From NCBI GenBank assembly GCA_964016885.1, contig OZ024754.1, forward strand, positions 37,200,001 through 37,264,000: DNA of 64,000 nt. The letters run 5' to 3'. The position numbers and the translations under genes are program-made. Under the pieces are notes generated by a model. That model was given only the letters and a program-made list of their open reading frames with translations. It searched no databases and was not told the origin of the DNA. This stretch comes from Eledone cirrhosa. Taxonomy: Eukaryota. Below are positions 14,567 to 27,622 of the stretch, one piece after another (position 1 is the first letter of the stretch; each line of letters opens with the position of its first letter).

Positions 14567-14866
14567 TTAATAAATTACATGAATACACCAAATCCCATAA
14601 TTGAAGGATCAATGTTTATCATATAACTTACACGTGTTTCGTTCAAAGATTTCCCCGTATGAATAAAAATATTGTTCAACTTTGACATGTTGATATGTAA
14701 AACTCGTGATGCAGCATATTTGAAGTCGAATTATCCTAAAATCTACGTCGGATTAGCAATTCTAGATGTATTCATTTACATATTAACGAAACACGTGTAA
14801 GTTACATAATAAATATTGATGCTACAATTACGAAATTTGGTGTATTCATATAATTTATTAATTTCT
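14563..14866. mobile_element. Diverged inverted-duplication element with 3' half of an HHR
   Basis: aacttacacgtgtttcgtt / aacgaaacacgtgtaagtt arms of ~80 bp; CUGAUGA part degenerate. Confidence 0.5.
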
Positions 14867-15239
14867 TTATAAATACTCCAGGAATTACCATTCATAGTAC
14901 CTACGGTTGATCACCACAGGAACAACTATGAATTATTTTGCGTCAAAACACTGTATGTTGATACAATACTCGATTTCATGTTACGCAAATTCAACTAACG
15001 GTAACCGATTACTAATATAATAATATCTCTTTCCCCTCTCTTTCTGAATATATATATATATATATATATACATTTATTTTGCAAGGTTTTTTTATATGAA
15101 ATCGTGTGTTCAAACAAATATTGTTATATTTGGGGAGGGTCATATTGTTATAATATTGCGGAGGCATTACAATACAACGGGAGGAAACATAATAGTACCA
15201 TTGATGATGTCACAGATGTGTGACGAAAGAACTTTGATA

Positions 15240-15338
<99 letters not shown>

Positions 15339-15386
15339 ATATTATATATATATATATATATTTATATATGTATATTTATATATATA

Positions 15387-15430
<44 letters not shown>

Positions 15431-15833
15431 GTATATTTATATATGTATCTTAAACCGTTGGTCAATCAATGATAAATATTGATTGCTAGATAAATTAACT
15501 ATGGAGATATAAAAGATACAGGAGCGAAGACCAACCCAAACCAAACAGTGAGTGTGTTCTATTATTATTTCTGACAATGTTATAACAATATGACTCTCCC
15601 CAAATAAAACAATATATATATATATTCGTTTTTGAATTTGTTTTGCGAGATTTCTTATCTGAAAACGTGTGTTGAAACAGATATTTGGGGGGTGATGGTG
15701 GTCATGTTGCCAACAAAAACACACGCACTTGTTGGTTATCGAACCAACCAGCCAACCGGAAACTTATAATAAATTGAAGTGAAAACCAACAAGTACGTGT
15801 GTTTTTATTGGCAGCATGACCCTCCCAAAGTAT

Positions 15834-15869
<36 letters not shown>

Positions 15870-15878
<9 letters not shown>

Positions 15879-16275
15879 TCCTGGAGGGACTAGCACCAAA
15901 CTTTGACATTGAGAGCTGGACCAACCCCCGAACGAACAGGACGTCACACCGTGGGACCAAAGGACCCGTCGTTCACATTTAGAGTAAGGTGCATAAATTG
16001 CAATAGCCTGGGGTTCAAAGACCCTCAGCATTTCAATAAGCTGCTAAGAAATTTGAGAGATCTGTATGGTGTGGACGTTGGTGTTTTCAAGAAACATCTT
16101 GACACTCTACTACCCAGGATCCCAGATGAGCCCACATCACGGAACGAACGTAACCTAAGGGCGGCAGCAACGAACTCCCCACCTACACCTATGTCTATCC
16201 AACACAGGCTAGATATAGAACGTGTAGCAACAAGGGTGGTGCCCTAGCATGGCCTCAGCCGGTAGAAGAGTAAAA

Positions 16276-16280
<5 letters not shown>
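15870..16280 (+). mobile_element. CR1-group LINE 3' fragment
   Basis: NSLGFKDPQHFNKL...VFKKHLDTLLPRIPDEP...RAAATNS. Confidence 0.7.
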
Positions 16281-16336
<56 letters not shown>

Positions 16337-16508
16337 GGATGCGGGGAAGAAATTGAGAAAGATGAGGTGAGACAGTGAGAGATTTTTCAATTAGATGCTG
16401 GCGTTCTCTTCTCTATGTGGTTGTGATTGGCTGTGGTTGTCGTTACTATGGAAACTGCATTTGCTACGGTTAGACATGCACATGAAATAATTGTATATTC
16501 TTTTCTGC

Positions 16509-16607
<99 letters not shown>

Positions 16608-16632
16608 TTATATATATATATATATATATACA

Positions 16633-17035
16633 GTGAGAGAGTGGGGGAGAAAGAAAGATAACGAGCGGGAGAGAGAGAGGGAAAGAGCAGGAGAGAGAAG
16701 GAAATAGAGGGGGGAAAGAGAGGGGGAAAGAGAGAGAGGGAAATAGGGAGAGAGAGAGGGTGAGAGAGAGAGATAGAGAGAGAGAGAAAGAGGGTGAGAG
16801 AGGGAGAGAGAGAGGGTGAGAGAGGGAGAGAGAGAGGGTGAGAGAGGGAGAGAGAGAAGGAAAGAGAGATAGAGAGGGAAAGAGAGGGTAGATAGATAGA
16901 GAGATAGAGAGGGAGATAGAGAGAGAAGGGTAGAGAGATAGAGAGGGAGAGAGAAGGGTAGAGAGATAGAAAGGGAGAGAGAGAGAGGGTAGAGAGATAG
17001 AGAGGGAGAGAGGGGGAAAGAAAGAGATAAAGAGC
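16633..17035. repeat. GA-rich purine tract
   Basis: Degenerate (GA)n. Confidence 0.9.
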
Positions 17036-17489
17036 AGTGCTAACACCCATCAATGATTCCAGTGTTGCATGTCATCAGCCGGTCTTTCATCTCATGTTTT
17101 TCTCTAGTGTTCATTAACGAAGTAAATTATCCAATTATTTAAACAACCTATTACACAATTGATTTCTTTATTGTATCCGCAGTCAGTATTTGTTCTGAAG
17201 ATGACCGTAGAACCGTGTAATGCTTGCTTCTATTTTATTCCCTCTTATTCTTTCGATCTTTCCTTCATTAAATAACTAAAACAATTGGAAACGGTGGAGC
17301 CTATCTCGTGCAGTCATCATCTAACGTTGATATTATCTCTGTGGACACAACATGACCTGACTCAATAATTAATATCTTTCGATTACAGTGTTTTCTTCGT
17401 ACTGTGCTAGTAAACTTAGTATGCTGCCTTGTTTTAAAAATCTTCTTACACACCAAATACCATGGCCTTGTTATTTAACGCCCCAGGTA

Positions 17490-18020
17490 AGCTCTGCAGC
17501 GTGTGCCGAGGTATTTAGTGCTCTACTCTACCTCTACAATGTGTGCCTAAGTATCTAACAACCCCAGACTAGCTCTACAATGTGTACCTGGGTATTTAGC
17601 GCCCTCAACTAGCTTTACAGTGAGTGTCTAGGTATTTAGTGCCCACAGACTAGCTCTACAATGTGTTCCTGGATATTTAGTGTCATAGGTTAGCTCTATA
17701 ATGTGTTCCTGGATATTTAGTGTCATAGGTTAGCTCTATAATGTGTGCCTGGATATTTAGTGTCATAGGTTAGCTCTATAATGTGTTCCTGGATATTTAG
17801 TGTCATAGGTTAGCTCTATAATGTGTACCTGGATATTTAGTGTCATAGGTTAGCTCTATAATGTGTTCCTGGATATTTAGTGTCATAGGTTAGCTCTATA
17901 ATGTGTTCCTGGATATTTAGTGTCATAGGTTAGCTCTACAATGTGTTCCTGGATATTTAGTGTCATAGGTTAGTTCTACAATGTGTTCCTGGATACTTAG
18001 CACCTTAGGCTAGCTCTATA
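17490..18020. repeat. 40-bp minisatellite
   Basis: Tandem atgtgttcctggatatttagtgtcataggttagctctata. Confidence 0.9.
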
Positions 18021-18201
18021 AACTAGCAGAATCGGTAAAGTACCCGACGGGACGTTGAAGGGTTTAGGTACGGCGTTTATCATTTTGACGGTTATCATAG
18101 AGACGGACGATAGAGACCGACTTGTTATTAGAAACATCGAAAACGAGTCCGTCTCCATATCATTAGGTTGTGTTACTTAAGAAATGCATTATATAATAAA
18201 T

Positions 18202-18393
18202 ATAATTGTTTCTACTTTTGGCACAAGGCCAGCAATTATCCCAGTGTATTACTGGTACTTATTTTATCGACCCCGCAAGGATGAAAGGCAAAGTTAACCT
18301 CGGCGGGATTTGAACTCAGATTATAAAGGCCCGTAACTCTTTGATGCAAAGCATGGCGTCCAACCCTCTACCGATACTGCCAATCCACCGCCC
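18202..18393 (-). mobile_element. SINE S1
   Basis: Reverse complement of 13136-13321. Confidence 0.85.
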
Positions 18394-18396
18394 TAA

Positions 18397-18513
18397 ATGC
18401 GATCACGCAATTAATGACACGACGTCTTCAGACAACATCTTGTGTATTATATAATAAATATAATACACAAGATGTTGTCTGAAGACGCCGTGTCATTAAT
18501 TGCGTGATCGCAT
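18397..18513. repeat. Near-perfect hairpin (~56-bp arms)
   Basis: aatgcgatcacgcaattaatgacacgacgtcttcagacaacatcttgtgtattatat and its reverse complement; carries ctgaaga. Confidence 0.85.
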
Positions 18514-18811
18514 TATTACATAATTAAGAATGACACCACAAAAATTCATATTATTGCAAACTACGAAATAAAGAGGAATTATTGAAATCTAGCCTTGGTA
18601 TTATTCACGAGTGACCCTTAGAGTCTCCTCAACTTTGGAGAAGTTATGTTTGTTTTAAATGTTTTTCTTAGTCTCTTTTACAAATTTTATTTTACACGAA
18701 GAAAAACTCACACTGTATCGTCCTGTACCGTCTTTAATGTTTCCTTAATGTGAGCCCTATGTGGCTAATAAAGAAATTATTATCATCATCATTATTATTA
18801 TTATTATTGTT

Positions 18812-19200
18812 GCATTAGCAGTATCGGTAGAAGATCGGACGCCATGCTTTGCAGCATAGAATTACGACCCTTTACGATCTGAGTTCAAATCCCGCCGAGA
18901 TTAACTTTGCCTTTCATCCTTACAGGGTCGATAAAATAAAGTACCAGTAATGCACTGGGATAATTGCTTGCCTTGTGCCCAAAATAGAAACAATTATTAT
19001 TATTATTATTATTAGTAGTAGTAGTAGTAGTAGTAGTTTTGCAGTATTGGTAGAGCGTCAGATACCATGATTTGCACGATCTGAGTTCAAATCCAATCGA
19101 GGTTAACTTTGCCTTTCGTCCTTACGGGGTCGATAAAATAAAGTACCAGTAATGCACTGGGGTAATTGCTGGCCTTGTGCCAAACGTAGAAACATTATTA
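18812..19200 (+). mobile_element. Two tandem SINE S1 copies with (ATT)n/(AGT)n tails
   Basis: Two B-box plus central-domain blocks. Confidence 0.85.
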
Positions 19201-19629
19201 TTATCATTTCTTTCACCTCTGGTTCCTATAAAGCATTGGGCAGCGCACACCCCTCATATATTTTGGTGATAATCATAATAACAACATATAAAAGAGGTAT
19301 GTATATATGTGCATATATATGTGTGTGTATGTAAGTATATATGTATGTATATAAGAAATTTCTCACATAGAGAAACACACAACTTATGGCTTTATAAGCT
19401 CATCAATTATGATAGTATCAGTGAATTGGAAAATCCAATTTGCATAATATTAGTACATACGCCGATAACTAATTGAATTAGATAATAAATTGTTCACTAA
19501 GCAGTCGAGATATCTTGTAAATACACATCTTTATAGACACATTACGAGATTTCACTGAATCTACATAAATACACTGATGTTCATAAATGGCTTTTTAAAA
19601 CTTACTTCTCAGAGCAATCAAACACGAAT

Positions 19630-20095
19630 AACTGAGCAATCTAACGCGAATTTCCGGGCATTCTGATTCCAGCTTCTGAGCGATCTGATTCCAGTTTCTG
19701 AGCAATCTAACGCAACTTTCTGAGTGATCTGATTCCAGTTTCTGAACGATCTGATTCTAGTTTCCGAGCAATCTAACGCACATTTCTGGGCGATCTGATT
19801 CCAGTTTCCAAGCAATCTAACGCAAATTTCTGGGCGATCTGATTCCAGTTTCTGAGCAATCTAACGCAAATTTCTTGGCGATCTGATTCTAGCTTCTGAG
19901 CGATTTAACGAGAATTTCTGGGTAATCTGATTCCAGTTTCTGAGCGATCTAACGTGAATTTCTGAGCAATCTGATTCCAGTTTCTGAGCGATCTAACGTG
20001 AATTTTTGGACGATCTAATTCCAGTTTCTGAGCGATCTAACGTGAATTTCTGGGTGATCTGATTCCAGTTTCTGAGCGATGTAACGCAAATTTCT
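19630..20095. repeat. 44-bp (2x22) minisatellite
   Basis: tctgagcgatctaacgcaaatttctgggcgatctgattccagtt. Confidence 0.85.
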
Positions 20096-20542
20096 GTTCG
20101 AAAATTTTGGAATTTTAAGGAGGACGATACATTTGAGCGCCAAGTCTTGTAAAGCCTGTTGCTCGCATCCCATGCCAGCGCTTTACGGATGTTGAAATCC
20201 TTTTGGGAGTCGATGACATGAGAGCCAAGGTATTTAAAGCTCTGGACCCTTTTGATGGATGTATTATTGAGTGATTTCAAATCAGATGGTTCAGGGGAGG
20301 TTGGGATATATTTTGTCTTACTCTCGTTAATAGAATATGTCCTGCTTATCTCGCTAGACACCATGAAGGAGAAGGGACTCCTGAAACGTCGGCAGAGCAG
20401 CCGCAACCCTGCACAATACATAACTGACCTAGATTTCGCCGATGATCTTGCTCTGATTTTTCAATCTATAAAGGACGCAGAATCCCTGCTGCAATCGCTT
20501 GAGCAAGCAGCTTACCAGGTCAGTCTCTATTGTAATGAGAGC
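20095..20542. mobile_element. RTE-clade LINE reverse-transcriptase fragment with internal inversion
   Basis: Plus strand: ITDLDFADDLALI...LYCNES; minus strand: NESKTKYI...FKYLGS...DFNIRKALAW. Confidence 0.8.
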
Positions 20543-20549
20543 AGCCATA

Positions 20550-21065
20550 ATCACCATAGCAATACCACGAAGTTGTAGTTACCATAGCAATACCACGAAG
20601 TTGTAGTTACCATAGCAATACTACGAAGTTTAGTTACCATAGCAATACCACGAAGTTGTAGTTACCATAGTAATACCACGAAGTTGTAGTTACCATAGTA
20701 ATACCACGAAGTTGTAGTTACCATAGCAACACCACGAAGTTGAAGTTACCATAGTAATACCACGAAGTTGAAGTTACCATAGCAATACCACGAAGATGTA
20801 GTTACCATAGCAATACCACGAAGTTGTAGTTACCATAGCAATACCACGAAGTTGAAGTTACCATAGTAATACCACGAAGTTGTAGTTACCATAGTAATAC
20901 CACGAAGTTGTAGTTACCTTAGTAATACCACGAAGTTGTAGTTACCATAGCAATACCACGAAGTTGAAGTTACCATAGCAATACCACGAAGTTGTAGTTA
21001 CCATAGCAATACCACGAGGTTGTAGTTACCATAGCAATACTACGAAGTTATTGTTACCATAGCAA
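20550..21065. repeat. 28-bp minisatellite
   Basis: accatagcaataccacgaagttgtagtt, ~18 copies. Confidence 0.9.
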
Positions 21066-21874
21066 CCATAGGCCGATAGAAAAATAATTATTTAACTGAT
21101 TAATTTATTCATTTCCCACGTTACTCCATTCTCTCAATTTCTCTGTTTACATTCACTCCCCCACCCACTGCTCCCTTCCTCATCCCTCCCTCCATCTCCA
21201 CCTCCCCTTGCATCCATTCCATCCTTCTTTCTATCCTCCAGTCTCTTCATCCCTTCTTCCATCCATCCGTCTCCCCCCCCCCCCCCCCCCACCATCCCCC
21301 ATCCACCCCTGCCTCCACCTCTTCATCCTTTCATTTCTCCCTCCAGCCAGCTCCCCCTCCCCCCTCTCTGTGCATTCATCCCTCTTTCTATCCTCCCAAG
21401 TCCCTCCCTTCTTCCACTCACCTTTTCCTCTATCCCTCTCACTCCATCCCTCTCTCCATTACTCTCTCACACTCCCCCTCCTCCCTACCTCCATCTCTCT
21501 CACACTCCCTCCCTCCCCCATTCTCTCACACTCCACCCTTCCCTCCACCTCTCTCACTCTCTCCCTCCCACTCTCTCTCTCACTCTCTCCCTGCCCCCAT
21601 CACTCTCTCTCTTCCACCTTCTATCCCATCATTCCATTCATACATGTAGCTATCCCTTACTAGCTCATTCTCTCACTGCCTCAGTCTACCTGGCTGTAAG
21701 TAGGTACTACATAAAGGATTAGCTCTTGCCCCAAGCAATACAGCCAGCAATGTCAATAGGATGAGTATTTCGCCATCTTGTATTGCTGAGTTCAAGAGTT
21801 GCTAAGGGCATGACTCTGCTAAGGAAACACTAGCAACACAACTCCACTTACAATTAGAATATATTTCACTCCTT

Positions 21875-22402
21875 ACCACCGCCACCACCACCAGCAGTAC
21901 CACCACCACCACCACCGCTACCACCACCACCACCACCACCACCACTACCAGCAGTACCACAAACCACCACCACCACTACCACCACCACCACCACCGCTAC
22001 CACCACCACCACCACCACTACCACCACCACCACCACCACTACCACCACCGCCACCACTACCAGCAGTACCACCACCACCACCGCTACCACCACCACCACC
22101 GCTACCAGCACCACTACCACCAGCACCACCACCGCTACCACCACCACCGCCACCACCACCACCATTAACAACACAAACACCACTACCATCAATACCACCA
22201 CCACCAACACCACCACTACCATCACCCCCACAACCAACACCACCACTACCATCACCAACACCACTACCATCAATACCACCACCACCACCACCACCACAAC
22301 CATCACCACCATCACCAACACCACCACTACCATCACCAACACCACCACTACCATCACCACGACCACCAACACCACCAACAACAATAACAACACGACCACA
22401 AC
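21875..22402. repeat. (CAC)n-type trinucleotide repeat
   Basis: Directly visible. Confidence 0.9.
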
Positions 22403-22409
22403 AATTTAA

Positions 22410-22589
22410 CCCTTTAGCATTCAAATTACTCTATATTTATACTATTGTATTTTTGTAGTAAACACTTTATCTGACATAATTATCTCATATAATATCGATT
22501 CTATGAGATTTTGATGCTATTTATTTTGAGAACAATACATTGACATCAGTATGAGTGGCCAGTTACAGCCGGTTTGAATGCTAAAATGT
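22410..22589. mobile_element. piggyBac-like MITE
   Basis: TTAA-ccctttagcattcaaa ... tttgaatgctaaaatgt-TTAA. Confidence 0.6.
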
Positions 22590-23074
22590 TTAAGACAAGG
22601 CCAATAATTTAGGGGAAGGAGAACGTCGATTCAATCAACCCCAATATTTGACTGGTATCTACTGACCCCTGAAATGATAGAAGCACAATCTTTGTTCAGT
22701 AGTACAAAGCACCATCGTCCATGAATATATTGGATCCATGTATGTGCGTGTGTAGTTCTAAATTCTTTGTTCTTCAACAGTTCCAAGTACTTTCAGCTAT
22801 TCATACTTTCCTAAGGTCAAAAAAATATATAAACCAACGGTTTCAGACTTCGAAATGTCGCTCCAGATATTCTGACGCGGCGGGTGTTGCCTTCTCTGTC
22901 CGATATATTTTACATTATATTTGATTCCACGTGCCCCCCCCCCCCCCCCCCGGACATGATGTGTGTGTGTGTGTGACAGCTCACACATATGCAGTTTTAG
23001 CTGGCCTCCTCCAAGGTATATCTCGCTAGAGGTGTCTTGGGTAATTTTAATGATAGGGACACCAGTCCCTATCA

Positions 23075-23221
23075 TCTCATTTCTACAGCTGAGTAAACTG
23101 GAGCAACGTGAAATAAAGTGTCTTGCTCAAGGAAACGACACATCACCCGGTCCGAGAATTGAACTCACAACCTTTCGATTGCAAGCCCAATGCTCTAACC
23201 ACTAAGCCATGCGCCTTCACA
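23075..23221 (-). mobile_element. tRNA-derived SINE S2 (CORE-like domain)
   Basis: Minus strand gtgaaggcgcatggcttagtggttagagc...gagttcaattct...ccttgagcaagacactttatttcacgttgctcc. Confidence 0.8.
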
Positions 23222-23499
23222 ATGATGCTTGACATGATGCTTGACATGCGCCCTGACATGATGCTTGTTTACTACAAATTGTTACAGTGTTGATTCAGTG
23301 TTGATTCATCGGCAAACCTAAATTAATCTGATTGCTTTTCAGTCTAATATTCATGCCTATTTTTTTAAAGGACTTTTAAGGGGGATGATAAATTTGAGCG
23401 CCAAGTCTTATCAAGCCTGTTACACGTATCCCATGCCAGAGCTTTACGGATGTTGAAATCTGTTGGGGAGTCTATCATACAAGAGCTTTTGATGGCTGT

Positions 23500-23945
23500 A
23501 TTGCTCTTCAGTCGAATGTTCATGCCTTTTTTTTTTTGGCGAAAGTGTAACGCTTCTTTTCCATATCCAATGTGAATCTTGCGAGCAGGATCGCTAGATT
23601 TTAGCCCAATTTCTTGAACCAGCGAGACTGATACAGTCCTACGACTTACCTCCGTATCTCTTAAAAGCAGTATCTTTTTTTGCATGCATTTATAGGAGAA
23701 CGTAAGGCGATATTTTTGGTGATATGTTCATCTCTAGGGTTTGTTTTTCTGGGTTGACTACATCTCGTCAGAATATGAGCCCCAAATTTGGTATTTGTTA
23801 ATAACTTTATGAACTGTTGTCTTGCTAAAACCTATTTTGACAGAACTCTCACACTCCGAGTAACTTGTGTCGTTTAGAGATACTATTTGAGCTCTTAGTA
23901 TGACACAACCTGCGGTTATGCCCATTTTTAAAGTATACACGTTTG
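23500..23945 (-). pseudogene. Decayed Tc1-like transposase N-terminus (HTH)
   Basis: RAQIVSL...YSEC...IGFSKTTVHKVINKY...GSYSD; VSRRTV...IGLKS...ARK; broken by stops and frameshifts; TIR-like end near 24830-24864. Confidence 0.65.
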
Positions 23946-24149
23946 ATGAGACAATGCTTTAAAACACACACAAAACCTTTAAATTAATAAAACACTGTGC
24001 TAAAAATATTTAAATAATGATGATGACGCAATCTTCTTGTGACGCTAAACTCCGCCAGTTGCAGACTGCGCATTAACATGTGATATCTCTCTCCATAAAG
24101 TTCGATCACCAGCAGCAGAGTTCAAAGAGCAAAGAGCAAAGATCAAGTC

Positions 24150-24500
24150 AAGTCCATAAGTTGACATTATCAAGCCATCGTTTTGGCTGCCGGCCTCTGC
24201 TTCTTTTACCAGCTAACCTTCCTCCCAGGCATAACCTACTCACACCATGAGTTGATCTTTATATATGGCCGTATAGTTTGACTTGACAATTGATGTAATT
24301 GGCCTAAGTTTAGTAACGTTGAGCAGCTCACTGAGCCGCTTGCCAGTCATAAGTCTCATGATGTGGTTCTGGAATGTAGAGAGCTTCTGAAGTGACCTTG
24401 TCGTCCAATTAACACAGTCAAGACCATATAACACAACTGGTAGGATGTAAGTATCAAAGATCTTAGCCTTCAACTGATAGGAACTGACTATACCATCTCA
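24150..24500 (-). mobile_element. RTE-clade LINE 3' fragment
   Basis: KAKIFDTYILPVVLYGLDCVNWT...LSTFQNHIMR. Confidence 0.7.
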
Positions 24501-24949
24501 CAAATTCAAGATATCTAATCGATCACCCCACTGATTCTGCCTATTCACCAGCTTTAGGGGATCTTAGCCTTCAAATGATAGGAAACTCGTTTTGATGTTA
24601 GTACTTCCTTGTTCTTGTTGAAAGCTGCACAACCTAGAGCAATTCGATATTGCATAGCAACCATTCCATTGTTGAAAGGAACAACATAAATGAGGCATTC
24701 TCCATCCTGTCGGTCGAGACCACGAGGTGGACTGACCCATAAGTTTCATTTATGGTGGTGGTTTGTGGAATAGATTTATTTCCATAAGCCTGAGTACGTT
24801 TGCAATAATTGACAAAATGTTTAATATTTTCTAGGTGGTCTTAAACATTTAGCAATGGTTGTATATTTACAATTGATTATTGAGACGGTAGTGACGTAAC
24901 ACATCGATCATTCACCCGGTTGTCTGATAGTTTATTGATTTGGTCATTA

Positions 24950-25375
24950 ACCCCACTACAACAAAACCACCAGCACTATAACAACTGTCATCCATACCCA
25001 CACTACTACTACTACTACTACTACGACGACGACGACGACTACCCACTACTACTACTACTACTACTACGACTACAACTGTTACTACTACCACTACTACACC
25101 ACTACTACCACCACCACCACGACTACCACTGTTACTACTACCACTCCTACCACTACTACCACCACCACTACTACCACCACCACCACTACTACTACTACCA
25201 CCACCACTACTACCACCACCACCACGACCACCACCACGACCACCACCACCACCACCACCACTACTACCACCACTACTACCACCACTACCACCACCACGAC
25301 CACCACTACTACCACCACCACCACCACCACCACCACCACCACTACTACCACCACCACCACTACCACCACCACTAA
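24950..25375. repeat. (CAC/TAC)n repeat
   Basis: Directly visible. Confidence 0.9.
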
Positions 25376-25774
25376 CACAAGACAAGACAACACTCCACAC
25401 CGATTAATCTCAACACGAAAGCAGAAATGCCAAACAATATAAAAATACCAATGAGTTTTTACAATGATTTCTTTCAAATCACTTATATTTCACCTGATTT
25501 TAAAATTATATTTCGTTGCCACGTCAGACTTTGATATAAATTGCTGTCAGGGAATTATACATCCTTTCCATCTATAACTCAAATACATAGTAGGTTCTAA
25601 ATTATAGTTATACACACCTTCCACCTATAATGTATACACACAGCAGCCTCTAAGTTATAATTATGCACACTAACCACATATAATTTATACACATGGCAGT
25701 TTAGAAGTTATAATTAAATTTTGTTTCTCGATGAAATAATTATAAGGCCATTATTATTAGCTGTAATGTAATAA

Positions 25775-25990
25775 TGATTTCTAACATAGGCACAAGACCA
25801 GCAATTTTGCGGGAGGGGAAAGTAGATTAAATCGACCCCAGTGCATTACTGGTGCTTTATTTTATCGACCCGGTAAGTATGAAAGACAAAGCTAACCTCG
25901 GCGAGATTTGAACTCAGATCTTAAATGGCCGTAACGCTATGCTGCAATGCTTGGTGTTCGACGTTCTACCGATACTGCCAATCCACGATG
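25775..25990 (-). mobile_element. SINE S1
   Basis: B-box and central domain on the minus strand. Confidence 0.8.
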
Positions 25991-26297
25991 GTTTCTGATT
26001 TAAGGTTTTTTTTGGTATGTCTTTTAATTATATCTTTGTTCTTTGCTAGTTAAATAAAAACTCCAAGGAATGTATTTCAGGACATGTTTTATAAACTCTA
26101 TGTTCAAAATCTAAAATTGCGTTATTGCAAAGTAGGAATTCTCTGCCATTCAGTCCCCTATTTGGTGTCGGGCCCGTCGAAGACTGAAAGTCAAAGTTTC
26201 GTTTCGTAGTATTTAGCGCTTTAGCATATCTGACAACTAACACACACAGTGAACCAGGAAGGGTACCTACATGCTATATATAGATAGCAGCCATATA

Positions 26298-26667
26298 CAA
26301 GGTCCAACTGATGAAAAGTTCATAGGCTGATCAAGATACTCTCATGGATTGACCAAATGAGGTTTATTTTTCAACATAGACACTAGAAAGAAACAATGCA
26401 ATTATTTACCGTATTTTCCGGCGTCGAAGACACTACTTTTTCCCGGATTTGAACTCAGATCATAAAGGGCCGTAACTCTATGCTACTAAGCATGGCGTCT
26501 GACCCTCTACTGATAATACCAATCCATTTGAAAATAATAATAAACAACTTTCGTCCTCCAGGGCGCATGGTAGATTTTTGAGACTTATTTTAGGAATAAA
26601 ATAGCGTCTTAGACGCCGAGAAATACGATGTATACATACATGAACTTTTTTTTTGAGCCTGCTCTCG
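26298..26667. mobile_element. Nested insertion: mariner-like MITE containing a Tc2/pogo-like MITE (26409-26628) containing a SINE S1 fragment (26443-26530)
   Basis: Outer TA-caagg...tgaaaagttca / tgaactttt...ctcg-TA; inner ccgtattttccggcgtc / gacgccgagaaatacg. Confidence 0.6.
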
Positions 26668-27383
26668 TATATTATTTGTTTGCTTGTAAATTTCTCTGAA
26701 ATTTATTCAGACTCGGTAGTCGCTCGACATAGAATGCGCAGCTCTTCAGTAAAATTGAAACAGCTGGATATAATGATAGATACTGCTGTAGATGATCACT
26801 GCTGTTCATCAGAAGATTGAAATCTTTGAAACCAGTTTCCACATTATTAAAACCTTAAACCGGTTCTACGCTAAATTGCATCTTTTATGTGCATGTTATA
26901 TAAAGGAAAACGGTGTAATTAATGTAGGATCAATAGGTATTATTCAAGTTGTTCCTAAAAACAGCTAAGTCGTCTGAAAGCGCACAGCATTGAGTTAATA
27001 ATAAGGTACTTAATAACTATCTAGTCATTTATAACATTCTCAATAAACATCTTCGATCTCTAATTATTGTTTCTTTCGTTCTCTAAATAGCGATTTTTCC
27101 CCCTCAACCTTCGTAGTAGCATCGTTAAGTGTTTGTTGATGTTAATCTATGAAATAGGAACCTAGTTATTAGTTAGTTTTAGAAGTTGCTAGCTGACAAC
27201 AAACAAATAAAAAAAAAACTACGAGTAAAGAAAATAAAAAAAAAAGAAAGAAAAGTAAAAGAAAAGAAAAGAAAGATCAAACTACTGTAGCAGTAGGTAC
27301 TATAACAACAACATAATGAACATGCTTATTTATATTCCAAGCCTATCTATTTCTATTATACACTATATATATATATATATATA

Positions 27384-27610
27384 TAAGAAGAAATTAAAAG
27401 ATGGTTAGAATAGTTCCATGTATTTTATTATGCGCATTTCAAAAACAAATATCATCCAGGAAATTTGAAAGCGCATAATAAAATACATGGAACTTTTCTA
27501 ACCATCTTTTAATTTCTTCTTATATATACTCAAGTGCAATAAACTGTTGAGTGCTACTTATCCGATATTTGCATTGCTTTATTGTGCTACAATAAAACTC
27601 ACCTCCTACA
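27384..27610 (+). mobile_element. PLE-like 3' fragment with inverted duplication (family of 50533-51221)
   Basis: aaaagatggttagaatagttccatgtattttattatgcgc and its reverse complement; ends ctcacctcctaca as at ~51220. Confidence 0.75.
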
Positions 27611-27622
27611 TATATGTATATA

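Noticed and set aside
26308-26325. ctgatga motif as a hammerhead
   Set aside because: Part of a mariner-like TIR; no stem II/GAAA/stem I arrangement. Isolated ctgatga at ~12442, ~39341 and ~40845 were rejected for the same lack of structure
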